64,000 nt of DNA from the NCBI GenBank assembly GCA_002305795.1, contig DBRF01000006.1:3409-67408 (forward strand). Direction: 5' to 3'. Shown one piece after another: positions 26,498-35,801 of this stretch. The notes below the pieces were generated by a model. The model was not told the origin of the DNA. It made no database searches and was given only the letters and a program-made list of their open reading frames with translations. Numbering within the stretch: the first letter of the stretch is position 1; every line of letters starts with the position of its first letter. This DNA is from Ruminococcaceae bacterium UBA1375 (lineage in GTDB: Bacteria > Bacillota > Clostridia > Oscillospirales > Ruminococcaceae). Position numbers and translations under genes: made by a program.

Positions 26498-27976
26498 TTA
26501 CCCCTGGGCTCCCGCCGCCGCTTCCAGCCGGGCGATGCCGTCCTTCATCCGGGCGATGGTTTCCTTCTTGCCTAAAATCTCCGCCAGGTCGATGCCGCCG
26601 CCGGGGGTAAACTGCTTGCCGGAGATGGCGGTGCGCAGCGGCCACAGCACCACTCCGTTTTTCACCCCCAGCTTGCCGATGACCTCAAAGCAGACTTCGT
26701 GAATCTTTTCCAGGTTCCAATCCCCTTCGTCCACGGCGTCCAGGGCGGGGAGCAGTTCCTTTAAGCTCACCAGGGAGTTTTCCGGGTTGGTCTTCATTTT
26801 CTTGTGCCGGTACATCTCCACATCGTAGTCCGGCAGGGCGTCGATGAAGTCCACCTGATCGGGGATGTCGGTGAACAGCTCGGTGCGGGGCTGGAGCATC
26901 TGGGCCAGCAGCTTCAGGTCGATGTCCTCCCGCTTGCAGGTCTGGCGGATGTAGGGCAGGGCCTTTTCCAAAAATTCCTCCACCGAGAGCTTGCGAATGT
27001 AGGCGCCGTTGATGGCTTTCAGCTTCTGGGTGTCGAAGATGGCGGGGGACTTGCTGATGCCCGCCACGTCAAACTCTTGGGCCAGCTCTTCCAGGGTGAA
27101 GATTTCGTTTTCTCCCTTGGGAGCCCAGCCAAGCAGGGCGATGTAGTTCACCACCGCTTCGGTGAGGTAGCCCTTGGCAATCAAATCTTCAAAGGAAGCG
27201 TCCCCGTTGCGCTTAGAGAGCTTGTGGGTGGCGTCCTTCATCACCGGGGGGCAGTGGATGTACACCGGGATGTCCCAGCCGAAGGCCTGATACAGCAGGT
27301 TGTACTTGGGGGTGGAGGAAAGGTACTCGTTGCCCCGGATGACATGGGTGATGCCCATGGTGTGGTCGTCCACCACGTTGGCGAAGTTGTAGGTGGGCAT
27401 GCCGTCGGTCTTAATTAAAATCTGGTCGTCCAGGGTGGAGTTGTCCACGGTGATGGTGCCGAAGACGGCGTCCTCAAAGGAGGTGGTGCCTTCCCGGGGG
27501 CACTTCTGCCGGATCACATAGGGGATGCCGGCGTCCAGCTTTTCCTGCACCTCTTCCTTGGACAGGTTGCGGCAGTGGCCGTCGTACATGGGCGGAATGC
27601 CGCTGGCCTGCTGGATCTCCCGCAGCTCGGTGAGCCGGTCTTTGTCGCAGAAGCAGTAGTAGGCGTGGCCGCTTTCCACCAGCTGTTCGGCGTACTTCTT
27701 AAACATCCCCATGCGCTCACTCTGGATGTAGGGACCCACCGGGCCGCCCACGTCGGGGCCTTCGTCCCAGTTCAGGCCGGCCTGGCGAAGGGTGTTGTAG
27801 ATGATGTCCACCGCCCCTTCCACATACCGTTCCTGGTCGGTGTCCTCAATGCGGAGGATGAAGGAGCCGTGGTTCTTTTTCGCCAGCAGATAGGCGTATA
27901 ACGCAGTGCGCAGATTGCCAACGTGCATGTACCCGGTGGGGCTGGGGGCAAATCTGGTGCGGACCGTATTGGACAT
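26498..27976 (-). CDS. gltX: glutamate--tRNA ligase
   Basis: 492 aa with [20 protein letters not shown] (HIGH-type) and the KMSKS-type LSKRNG. Promoter TTGACA-17-TACAAT lies at about 28050-28022. Confidence 0.95.
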   Translation of the reverse strand: MSNTVRTRFAPSPTGYMHVGNLRTALYAYLLAKKNHGSFILRIEDTDQERYVEGAVDIIYNTLRQAGLNWDEGPDVGGPVGPYIQSERMGMFKKYAEQLVESGHAYYCFCDKDRLTELREIQQASGIPPMYDGHCRNLSKEEVQEKLDAGIPYVIRQKCPREGTTSFEDAVFGTITVDNSTLDDQILIKTDGMPTYNFANVVDDHTMGITHVIRGNEYLSSTPKYNLLYQAFGWDIPVYIHCPPVMKDATHKLSKRNGDASFEDLIAKGYLTEAVVNYIALLGWAPKGENEIFTLEELAQEFDVAGISKSPAIFDTQKLKAINGAYIRKLSVEEFLEKALPYIRQTCKREDIDLKLLAQMLQPRTELFTDIPDQVDFIDALPDYDVEMYRHKKMKTNPENSLVSLKELLPALDAVDEGDWNLEKIHEVCFEVIGKLGVKNGVVLWPLRTAISGKQFTPGGGIDLAEILGKKETIARMKDGIARLEAAAGAQG

Positions 27977-28066
27977 AGAAAAATTCCCTCTCTTTTTATC
28001 TGGATACTTAGACTTATTGTAGCAGTATCCGCCGGGTTTGTCAATCCAAAGTCCGGCCGTTTCCCC

Positions 28067-29224
28067 TTATTCCCCCTGGACATTGTAATAGACATCCCCC
28101 TGCACCGATTCCGCCAGGGCAACCAGTTCTTCCTGGGTCAAAGGGGCGGTGCTGCGGAGTTGCAGGGTGCAGCAGCCGTCAATCCAGGCGATTTCCGATA
28201 CTTCCTCGTTGATGTGGACAAAGGCGGGGTTGCCGTTGACTGTGGCGTCCTGGACCGAGCTTTGGTCCTCCAGCTCCGCCCAGCCCATTCCGCCGGTAAA
28301 TGGGAGGTAGAAATGGGTGGTGCCGGTTTCGACTTCAAACAGGGTGGCCGGTCCGGTGGTGGAGAGCAGGGCCAGCACCTCCCCGTCCTGGTTTTGGTAT
28401 TTTTCCAGGGTTTTCCCCACCTGGACGGTGTCCCCACCCAGCAGGGTCCAGCCTTCCGGGGCCTGGGGGAAGGTGTAGGAGGGGACGCTTTCCGGAATTT
28501 CCGGATTGCCTTCGCTGCGGTAGTATTCCATCTCGTATAGGGTGAAGCCGTCTTCCCCTGTTTCTTGGGTGGTGCCGCCCCGCACCAGCTCCAAGGGCCG
28601 GATGGGCGGGGGCTCATAGGCCAGCATTCGGGGGTTTTCATAGCTCACCAGGGAGACCCATTCCAGCATCTGGTTAACGTCCAAATCCTGGTAGCACCTC
28701 AGGGAAAAGAGGTTTTGCGCTTCCACCCAGTAGACCTGGGTGGTGGTGCGGGAGACCTGCTGGGCCCCGTCCCAGGCGGTGGTGGTAGTTTGGCTGTAAA
28801 TCACCTGGTTGTCCCCAAACTGCACTTCCTGGATGGTGGCGGGGTCCAGGCTGTTCAGGTCCAGCACGGCGCTGTGGCCCTGGGAGAAGGACATTTCCAC
28901 CCCTTCCTGGGACTGGAACACATCCGGGCTGGCTTCCCCGCCGGCGGGATAACGGATTCTGGCTTCTTCGGTCTGGGTCCAGCCTTGGGGCGGGGTCAGG
29001 GTGTAGTAAGGCTGGGGGGTGCTGCCGTCCCCGGCGGCCTCCACCGCCCCTTCCCGGAGCTGGCAGTCCACGATATTTCCGGTGGTCTGGCTGCGGAGAA
29101 TCTCAAAGGGTTTTTCCGGCTCCGGCTGCCCCAGCAGCAGCCAGATCAGCAGGGCGGCGATGGCGAGGACGGCCATGGGGATGGCAATCCAGAGGATTCG
29201 CTTTCCTTTTTTGCTTATGGCCAT
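28067..29224 (-). CDS. membrane-anchored protein with two DUF4367-like extracellular domains
   Basis: The ORF opens at 29269. The likely start is ATG 29224 (MAISKKGKRILWIAIPMAVLAIAALLIWLLL). There is a single N-terminal TM. Two similar halves each end in a ...W.....L.....L...E.L motif (QVYWVEAQNLFSLRCYQDLDVNQMLEWVSLV / EIAWIDGCCTLQLRSTAPLTQEELVALAESV), as recalled for DUF4367. Confidence 0.55.
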   Translation of the reverse strand: MAISKKGKRILWIAIPMAVLAIAALLIWLLLGQPEPEKPFEILRSQTTGNIVDCQLREGAVEAAGDGSTPQPYYTLTPPQGWTQTEEARIRYPAGGEASPDVFQSQEGVEMSFSQGHSAVLDLNSLDPATIQEVQFGDNQVIYSQTTTTAWDGAQQVSRTTTQVYWVEAQNLFSLRCYQDLDVNQMLEWVSLVSYENPRMLAYEPPPIRPLELVRGGTTQETGEDGFTLYEMEYYRSEGNPEIPESVPSYTFPQAPEGWTLLGGDTVQVGKTLEKYQNQDGEVLALLSTTGPATLFEVETGTTHFYLPFTGGMGWAELEDQSSVQDATVNGNPAFVHINEEVSEIAWIDGCCTLQLRSTAPLTQEELVALAESVQGDVYYNVQGE

Positions 29225-29443
29225 TGGGCACACATCCTTTCCAGAGAGAAATTTTTCAGGCCGGAACATATTCTAATTTCAGTATAACATACGGGGGATT
29301 CTTTTACAATCCAAAATGCAGGGGGAGTTTTTGTGCAAAAATCCTACAATTCTTGCGAAAATCTCCCCTTTCCCTTCATTGACAACCGCCTGCGGATTTG
29401 CTACACTAAAGGATAATAAATTGAAAAAAGGAGTGTACCTTCC

Positions 29444-30940
29444 GTGGACCCATCGTCGGTACTATTGATTGTATTCTTACTCATCTGCATTGCCCTTTCC
29501 GCCTTTTTTTCCGGTTCGGAAACGGCCTACACCACCGCCAATAAGCTGCGGCTGAAAAACATGGGGGAAACCAGCAAAAAGGCCCGCCGGGCCTATAAAA
29601 TCGCCGAGGACTACGACCGCACCATTTCTACCGTATTGGTGGGCAACAACATCGTCAACCTCTCTGCCTCCTCCATCGGCACCGTGCTGTTCACCACCTG
29701 GTTCGGGGCCAGCGGCGCCGTGCTCTCCACGGCGGTGATTACCGTGGTGGTGCTGATTTTCGGGGAGGTGCTTCCCAAGACCTTGGCCAAGGTCAACCCC
29801 GACGGCTTCGCCCAGTCGGTCAGCGGCATTATTCGGTTCTTGACGGTGCTGTTCACTCCGGTAACGGTGGTGCTCATGGGCATCCAGAAGCTGGCCAAAA
29901 AGGCAGTACCCGGCCCCGCCAACGAGCCCAAGGTCACCGAGGAAGAGCTGAAGTACATCATTGAGGAAAGTGAAAGCGAAGGGGTGCTGGAAAAACAGGA
30001 AAGTGATTTGGTGCAGTCCGCTTTGGATTTTGACGAAACTACCGTGGAGGACATTCTCACCCCTCGGGTGGACGTGATCGGGGCGGAGGAAACCGACTCC
30101 AACGAAGAAATCGAGAAGCTGTTCTTCCAGTATGGCTACTCCCGGCTGCCCATCTACCGGGACAGCATCGACGACATCATCGGCATCCTGTATTTCAAGG
30201 ACTTTTTCCGGGCTTACCGGGGCCGGGCCAATGTGGACATCCATTCTTTGATGCAGCAGCCCCTGTTCGTACCCCCCACCAAGCGCATCAGTGAGCTGCT
30301 GCGGGAAATCCAGCACACCAAAAAGCATCTGGTGGTGGTCACCGACCAGTACGGCGGCACCCTGGGCATTGTCACCCTGGAGGATATGCTGGAAGAGCTG
30401 GTGGGGGACATCTGGGACGAAAGCGACGTGGTGGAGCACCAGTGCATCCAACTGGAGGACAACCTCTACCAGGTTAGCGGGGATATGGCCCCGGAGGACT
30501 TCTTTGAGCTGGCGGGGCTGGACGCCAAGGAAATCGGCTTCACCTGCGAAGCCGCCAGCATGGGGGGCTGGGCCCTGGAGGAGCTGGAGCGGATTCCCGC
30601 CAACGGGGACACCTTCACCGCCTGCCGGATGGAAGTGACCATTTCCCAAATCAAGAGCCAGCGGATTGAAAAGATGCTGGTGGCGGTGCTGCCTGAGCCC
30701 CCCAAGGAAGAGGAAGAAAAGTCCCTGGCGGGCAAAGCTCTGGATTTGCTCACCGGGGAGGACCGGGACAAGAAGGCGGAAAAGGAAAAAGCCAAGGAAG
30801 CCAAAGAGAAAGAAAAGCAGGAAAAGGAAAAGACCAGGGAACGGGAAAAACAGGAGAAGGCCAAAGAAAAAGCGGGGGAGGACCGGGCTCAGGATTCGGA
30901 TGCTTCCCCGGCGGAAGAAAAGGAGAAGGAGCAGGTATGA
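29444..30940 (+). CDS. CNNM/hemolysin-family membrane protein (DUF21-CBS pair-CorC/HlyC) with Lys/Glu-rich C-terminal extension
   Basis: 498 aa with a GTG start. Motifs: FFSGSETAYT in DUF21, a CBS pair, and the CorC_HlyC block. The last ~85 aa are low-complexity KEKEKQEKEK. Confidence 0.85.
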   Translation: MDPSSVLLIVFLLICIALSAFFSGSETAYTTANKLRLKNMGETSKKARRAYKIAEDYDRTISTVLVGNNIVNLSASSIGTVLFTTWFGASGAVLSTAVITVVVLIFGEVLPKTLAKVNPDGFAQSVSGIIRFLTVLFTPVTVVLMGIQKLAKKAVPGPANEPKVTEEELKYIIEESESEGVLEKQESDLVQSALDFDETTVEDILTPRVDVIGAEETDSNEEIEKLFFQYGYSRLPIYRDSIDDIIGILYFKDFFRAYRGRANVDIHSLMQQPLFVPPTKRISELLREIQHTKKHLVVVTDQYGGTLGIVTLEDMLEELVGDIWDESDVVEHQCIQLEDNLYQVSGDMAPEDFFELAGLDAKEIGFTCEAASMGGWALEELERIPANGDTFTACRMEVTISQIKSQRIEKMLVAVLPEPPKEEEEKSLAGKALDLLTGEDRDKKAEKEKAKEAKEKEKQEKEKTREREKQEKAKEKAGEDRAQDSDASPAEEKEKEQV

Positions 30941-31647
30941 GAGACGTAGGGGTGATTTTGGCGGCGGCAGGCAGCGGCAGCCGTATGGGACGGGACAAGC
31001 TGTTGTTAAAGCTGGGGGAGTACACCGTCCTTCAGCGCAGCGCCCTGGCCTTTGCCTCCTGCCCGGATATCTGCGGCATGGCGGCGGTGACCCGTTCCGA
31101 TCTGCTGGACACCGTCCGGCAGCAGCTGGAAGCCCTGTCCCTGCCCTTTCCAGTGTGGGTGGTTCCCGGCGGGGCTACTCGGCAGCAGTCGGTGGCGGCG
31201 GGGGTGAAGGCCATGCCGGCCCAGGCCATGTACTACGCCATCCACGACGCCGCCCGGCCCTTGGTCACTCCCCAGGAGATTGCCCGCTGCCTGGCGGATG
31301 CCAAGCGGTACGGAGGGGCCTGCCTGTCCGCCCCGGTGAAGGACACCATCCAGCAGGCGGACGCCAAGGGCTTTTTGGAAGCCACCCCGCCCCGGAACCG
31401 GCTGCGCAGCGCCCAGACCCCCCAGATCTTCGACGCCGCCTGGTACCGGGCGGGGATGGCGGAAGCGGTGCGCCGGGGGCTGGACTTTACCGACGACTGC
31501 CAGGTGTTCCGCCTGTCCGGCGGAGTGGTGTACCTCACCCCCGGCAGCTACGCCAACCTGAAGATCACCACCCCGGAAGACCTGCCCGCCGCAGAGGAAA
31601 TCCTGGCCAAGCGGGAAGGGGAAGCCCGGGATGGGGAAAAGGAATAA
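30937..31647 (+). CDS. ispD: 2-C-methyl-D-erythritol 4-phosphate cytidylyltransferase
   Basis: 236 aa with VILAAAGSGSRMG.DK and IHDAARP. The start overlaps the upstream stop (ATGA). Confidence 0.92.
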   Translation: MRDVGVILAAAGSGSRMGRDKLLLKLGEYTVLQRSALAFASCPDICGMAAVTRSDLLDTVRQQLEALSLPFPVWVVPGGATRQQSVAAGVKAMPAQAMYYAIHDAARPLVTPQEIARCLADAKRYGGACLSAPVKDTIQQADAKGFLEATPPRNRLRSAQTPQIFDAAWYRAGMAEAVRRGLDFTDDCQVFRLSGGVVYLTPGSYANLKITTPEDLPAAEEILAKREGEARDGEKE

Positions 31648-31658
31648 CAGCAAGCAAG

Positions 31659-31689
31659 AGACGTGTTCGGAAAGGGACACGTCTTTTTT
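31659..31689 (+). terminator. intrinsic terminator after ispD
   Basis: agacgtgt / acacgtct stem followed by ttttt. Confidence 0.8.
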
Positions 31690-31808
31690 GCGGGGGAAAT
31701 TGCGCCGTTGGTGGGGCAGATTCCGGATAGCTGTTTCTATCACTTTATTTCAAATCTGTTTTTAATTCTGTCTAAATATAGAAATTTACATTATAATTTC
31801 GATACAGA

Positions 31809-31924
31809 GACTTTGCCCCTTAGAATCCACTGCGTGGGATTCGACCCCACCATGCCTTCGAAAAACGATCTTCGATCTTATTTTCTAAAAGGCTTGACCT
31901 AAACTTTACTTTTTCAACACTCTA
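31809..31924 (-). repeat. LE-family fragment (5' half, reverse orientation) with T-arm-like submotif
   Basis: The reverse complement reads ctAGAGTGTTGAAAAAGTAAAGTTTAGGTCAAGCCTTTTAG...CGAAGGCATGGTGGGGTCGAATCCCACGCAGTGGATTCTAAGGGGCAAAG, collinear with 46023-46135. Confidence 0.75.
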
Positions 31925-31925
31925 G

Positions 31926-31951
31926 CGGCCTGCTTCCCGGCAGGCCGTTTT
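31926..31951 (+). terminator. intrinsic terminator-like hairpin abutting the LE fragment
   Basis: cggcctgc / gcaggccg stem followed by tttt. Confidence 0.6.
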
Positions 31952-32044
31952 GCTTTGCCGGAAAGAATTTTTTGCTTTCCGGCCTGGTTTCTGTTATAAT
32001 GAAAGCACCTATGGAAAATCAAACCTTTTTGGGAGGTCAAATTT

Positions 32045-33475
32045 ATGTACGAAAATTATGTCAGCCCCTTTTCCACCCGGTATGCGTCCAAGGAGATGCA
32101 GTATATCTTTTCCGCCGAAAAGAAGTTCACCACCTGGCGCAAGTTGTGGGTGGCTTTGGCCCGGGCGGAGCACAAGCTGGGCCTGCCGGTGAGCCAGGAA
32201 CAGGTGGAGGAACTGGAGGCCCACGTCAATGACATCAACTTCGCCGTGGCGGAAGCCCGGGAGAAGGAAGTCCGCCACGACGTGATGAGCCACGTCTACG
32301 CCTACGGCCAGCAGTGCCCCAATGCAGCGGGCATCATCCACCTGGGGGCCACCAGCTGCTATGTGGGGGACAACACCGACGTTATCCTCATGCGGGAAGC
32401 CTTGCAGGTGGTCCACCGCAAGCTGGTCAACGTCATCGACCTGCTGGGGAAATTTGCGGAAGAATACAAGGCTCTGCCTTGTTTGGCCTACACCCACCTG
32501 CAGCCCGCCCAGCCCACCACCGTAGGCAAGCGGGCCACCCTGTGGTGCAACGAGCTGTTGATGGATTTGGAAGAGGTGGAGTACCGGATCAAGAATCTGA
32601 AGCTGCTGGGCAGCAAGGGCACCACCGGCACCCAGGCCAGCTTTTTGGAGCTGTTTGAAGGGGACGAGGACAAGATCAAAAAGCTGGAGCAGTACATCTG
32701 CGAAGAGATGGGCTTTGACGGAGTGGTGCCGGTGTCCGGCCAGACCTACTCCCGGAAGATGGACTCCCAGGTAGTCTGCACCCTGGCCGGCATCGCCCAG
32801 AGCTGCTCCAAGTTCAGCAACGACCTGCGGATTCTGCAAAACTTCAAGGAGATGGAAGAACCCTTTGAAGCCCACCAGATCGGCTCCTCCGCCATGCCCT
32901 ACAAGCGCAACCCCATGCGCAGCGAGCGGATCACCAGCCTGGCCCGGTACGTCATGTGCGACAGCTTAAACCCCATGTTCACCAGCGCCACCCAGTGGTT
33001 CGAGCGCACCCTGGACGACTCCGCCAACAAGCGGATTTCGGTGGCGGAAGGGTTCTTGGCGGTAGACTCCATCCTGAACATTATGCTCAACGTCTGCGAC
33101 GGCTTGGTGGTGTACCCCAAGGTGATTGCCCAGCGGCTGAACCGGGAATTGCCCTTTATGGCCACCGAGAACATTATGATGCAGGCGGTGAAGAAGGGCG
33201 GCAACCGCCAGCAGCTCCACGAACGGCTGCGGGAGCACTCCATGGCCGCCGCCAAGGTAGTCAAGGAAGAGGGGAAGGAAAACGACCTCATCGACCGCAT
33301 CGTGGGCGACCCCGCCTTCCAGCTCACCCGGGAGGAAATCGAAAAGGTGCTGGTGCCCAGCAATTTCGTGGGCCGCAGCGTCCATCAGGTGGAGGAATTT
33401 ATCGCCGACTACGTCCAGCCCATCCGGGACGCCAATAAGGATGTGCTGAATGAAAAGGCGCAGCTGAGTGTGTAA
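32045..33475 (+). CDS. purB: adenylosuccinate lyase
   Basis: 476 aa with the fumarate-lyase signature SSAMPYKRNP and the N-terminal YENYVSPFSTRYASKEM. Confidence 0.95.
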   Translation: MYENYVSPFSTRYASKEMQYIFSAEKKFTTWRKLWVALARAEHKLGLPVSQEQVEELEAHVNDINFAVAEAREKEVRHDVMSHVYAYGQQCPNAAGIIHLGATSCYVGDNTDVILMREALQVVHRKLVNVIDLLGKFAEEYKALPCLAYTHLQPAQPTTVGKRATLWCNELLMDLEEVEYRIKNLKLLGSKGTTGTQASFLELFEGDEDKIKKLEQYICEEMGFDGVVPVSGQTYSRKMDSQVVCTLAGIAQSCSKFSNDLRILQNFKEMEEPFEAHQIGSSAMPYKRNPMRSERITSLARYVMCDSLNPMFTSATQWFERTLDDSANKRISVAEGFLAVDSILNIMLNVCDGLVVYPKVIAQRLNRELPFMATENIMMQAVKKGGNRQQLHERLREHSMAAAKVVKEEGKENDLIDRIVGDPAFQLTREEIEKVLVPSNFVGRSVHQVEEFIADYVQPIRDANKDVLNEKAQLSV

Positions 33476-33512
33476 AAGGCACTGCGGCGTCAAAAATGGA
33501 ATCTGTTTCACG

Positions 33513-33537
33513 CCCCCGGCTTGGCCGGGGGTTTTTG
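33513..33537 (+). terminator. intrinsic terminator after purB
   Basis: cccccggc / gccggggg stem followed by ttttt. Confidence 0.8.
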
Positions 33538-33754
33538 TGTCACTGTGTCGATTTTGAGCGGCAGAATAAACAAAGGGAGAGGGGCGTTTTTGGGCAGTAT
33601 TTTGCAAGACAAGGTTTTGTGAATATGTTATAATGTAAATACCGGATGGAAGAACTTTTGCTTTTCCAGGGAAAAAGAAAAGCAAAAAACATCGGATTTA
33701 CTGTTTCTGCGTTTGCAGCATCAGGAAAGAAAACATAATTTTAGGAGGGCCTTT

Positions 33755-34285
33755 ATGGAATCTGCAATTTGGTGTGCCCACCTCAAAGACAATCGAAATC
33801 GGGAAACCTATCCGGACAAAACAGCGGAAAAAGCGGAACACTGCCTGGCTCATTGCATCATTGCCATTGGCTGGGCAGACGGGGAAGATGGGGCAGACTG
33901 GGAAACTTTTCGCAGAAATGCAGAAGACCATTATGCCGATTTTCCGAACTCGCTCTCTGGTTTTCGGGCGGCGGCAAATGCGTTGGAGAGGATGAATCCC
34001 GGAGATTTGGTTTGGGTGATTGTCCCGGATTCCCACCGGCGGTACCTGTACCAGGTGACGGAGCCGGGCCAGCCGAAGGCGGACCAAACATTAAAGGACA
34101 TAGATATTGGAGCTTACCGGCAATGCCGGCAGATCGCCTGCTGCACGGTCGAAAGCCAGCCGGAGCCGCTGAAAACGTATCCCGCCAGACGCACTCTCTT
34201 TGAAATCCAGAAGCCGGACTGTGTTCAGGCGGTAAAAAAGCTGTATGAAGATTGTTGCGGAAAGGAACCGGAAAAGGAGGGCTGA
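33755..34285 (+). CDS. hypothetical cytoplasmic protein, no family recognised
   Basis: 176 aa from ATG 33755 (SD tAGGAGGgccttt; the ORF opens at 33713). It has lower third-position G+C than its neighbours. The sequence MESAIWCAHLKDNRNRE...HCIIAIGWADGED...GDLVWVIVPDSHRRYLYQV gives no confident motif match. Confidence 0.6.
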   Translation: MESAIWCAHLKDNRNRETYPDKTAEKAEHCLAHCIIAIGWADGEDGADWETFRRNAEDHYADFPNSLSGFRAAANALERMNPGDLVWVIVPDSHRRYLYQVTEPGQPKADQTLKDIDIGAYRQCRQIACCTVESQPEPLKTYPARRTLFEIQKPDCVQAVKKLYEDCCGKEPEKEG

Positions 34286-34288
34286 AAC

Positions 34289-35626
34289 ATGAGCCGAAGA
34301 AAAAGCGGTTGGAAAAAGCTGTTGAGCGGGATACTATGCTTGTGTGTCCTGCTGTCCTTGTGGGCGGGAACCCCCGTCACCGCACAAACGGAGCAGGAAG
34401 ATCTGTTTTACTCCTATCCCTCCAACTCCTGTTTTGACAGCCTTTGGGTGGGGGATATTGTGGTGTTTCCTGGGCAAGGAGGAATGGATACGGGAGGAGA
34501 CCTCGCTCCCGGCAATGGGTACACGGTACTCAGTGGAAACGGTATAGAGATTGTAGATGTACAGGTGGAAGCTGGTGCATGGTATAAGGGCTTAAAATTT
34601 ACCCAGCCGGGAACGGCGGAGGTTCTGGTCTCGGTGGCAGACCCCGACACCGGGGCGTCCGCCGAAAAGGCCTTTTCCTTTACCGTCTCTCCCCGGCCGG
34701 CGGAGGTCACCGTCACCCATAATTTCCCTGCTTCCATCACCCTGAAAATTGGCGATAACACCGCAGAGCTTAGAGACTACGATGTTTCCATGCAAAATTT
34801 GAACTATGGACCGGCTCCAAAGCGGGCAAGAGTTCCAAATGGCGGCGGAATTGAAATCTCCGGCACAGCCAAAAGGATCTATCGCGGAGGCTGGGGCGGC
34901 GCAAGCTGGGGGTTCGTAAACGATCAAAGGACAGAGGAAGAAGCGGGGATGTTGGATTTAATGAACTTTGATCTTGGTGATTACGCCTGCGGCCCCGGCA
35001 CCCTGACCCTTCAGCCGGTGTACCAATCCCAAAAGATTGGAGGCCCTATCTGCACCGTCACGGTGGAAGAACCGGAAATCACCACCAACGCCCCCGCCGC
35101 CGTTTGGGCGGGGGACACCCTTTCCCTGGAAACGGCCTTGACCAATACCGCCCTGACCAATCTGAAGGTTTCGGAATACACCGAAAATATCGCAGAGAAT
35201 GGCTATTATAGTGGTTCGGAAAATCCCGTGGCTTATCAGCCCTCCGTCACCATTCTGGAAGGGCAGGACTGTGTGGCCCAAAGCGATCAGGACTACACCA
35301 ACACCCTGACTACCAGCGAAACCCTCGCCTTCCAAAAGCCGGGCACCGTGAAATTAAAGGTGACCTATACCCAGATCAACACACACGACTACGGTCAAGA
35401 ATACTTTGATGAACGTGCCTACAACCCCGAAACCATCCTCACCATCCGGGTGCAGGACCCCAGCCAAGACCTGGACGGCGACGGCGCCATCGACCTGGGC
35501 GACGTCATGACCTTAGCCCGGGCCGTGGTGAACGCTTCCACCACCCCCACCATGGACTTCAACGCCGACGGCCTGGTGGACGTGCTGGACGTCATGACTT
35601 TAGCCCGGGTTGTAGTGGACCAATAA
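34289..35626 (+). CDS. secreted protein with C-terminal dockerin-type double EF-hand repeat
   Basis: 445 aa with a signal peptide (KKLLSGILCLCVLLSLWAGTPVTAQ). The C-terminus DLDGDGAIDLGDVMTLARAVV ... DFNADGLVDVLDVMTLARVVV is two dockerin type I-like Ca-binding repeats. No catalytic motif was recognised. Confidence 0.75.
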   Translation: MSRRKSGWKKLLSGILCLCVLLSLWAGTPVTAQTEQEDLFYSYPSNSCFDSLWVGDIVVFPGQGGMDTGGDLAPGNGYTVLSGNGIEIVDVQVEAGAWYKGLKFTQPGTAEVLVSVADPDTGASAEKAFSFTVSPRPAEVTVTHNFPASITLKIGDNTAELRDYDVSMQNLNYGPAPKRARVPNGGGIEISGTAKRIYRGGWGGASWGFVNDQRTEEEAGMLDLMNFDLGDYACGPGTLTLQPVYQSQKIGGPICTVTVEEPEITTNAPAAVWAGDTLSLETALTNTALTNLKVSEYTENIAENGYYSGSENPVAYQPSVTILEGQDCVAQSDQDYTNTLTTSETLAFQKPGTVKLKVTYTQINTHDYGQEYFDERAYNPETILTIRVQDPSQDLDGDGAIDLGDVMTLARAVVNASTTPTMDFNADGLVDVLDVMTLARVVVDQ

Positions 35627-35645
35627 AATCCCCAAAAACCCCAAA

Positions 35646-35680
35646 AACAGGACCTCTCAGCCGGGGTCCTGTTACTTTTT
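35646..35680 (+). terminator. intrinsic terminator after the dockerin-protein gene
   Basis: aacaggacc / ggtcctgtt stem followed by acttttt. Confidence 0.75.
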
Positions 35681-35801
35681 ACAAAAATATCAACCCCCTT
35701 TCCTTGACAAAAAGGGCGGTTTGACCTATAATTTCAAACAGATTGTGCCGCTTTGTTTTTCTACAGGGCGGCACGGGTTTGAAAACATTGGAGGAATCAC
35801 A

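Noticed and set aside
30760-30900. Purine-rich short repeats (gaaaaggaaaaag...) and the heptad arrays (7797-7845 and others) considered as CRISPR-like arrays.
   Set aside because: Neither shows repeat-spacer periodicity of 25-40 nt. The first is in-frame coding low complexity (KEKEK) and the second is a 7-nt microsatellite-like run. No cas genes are present.
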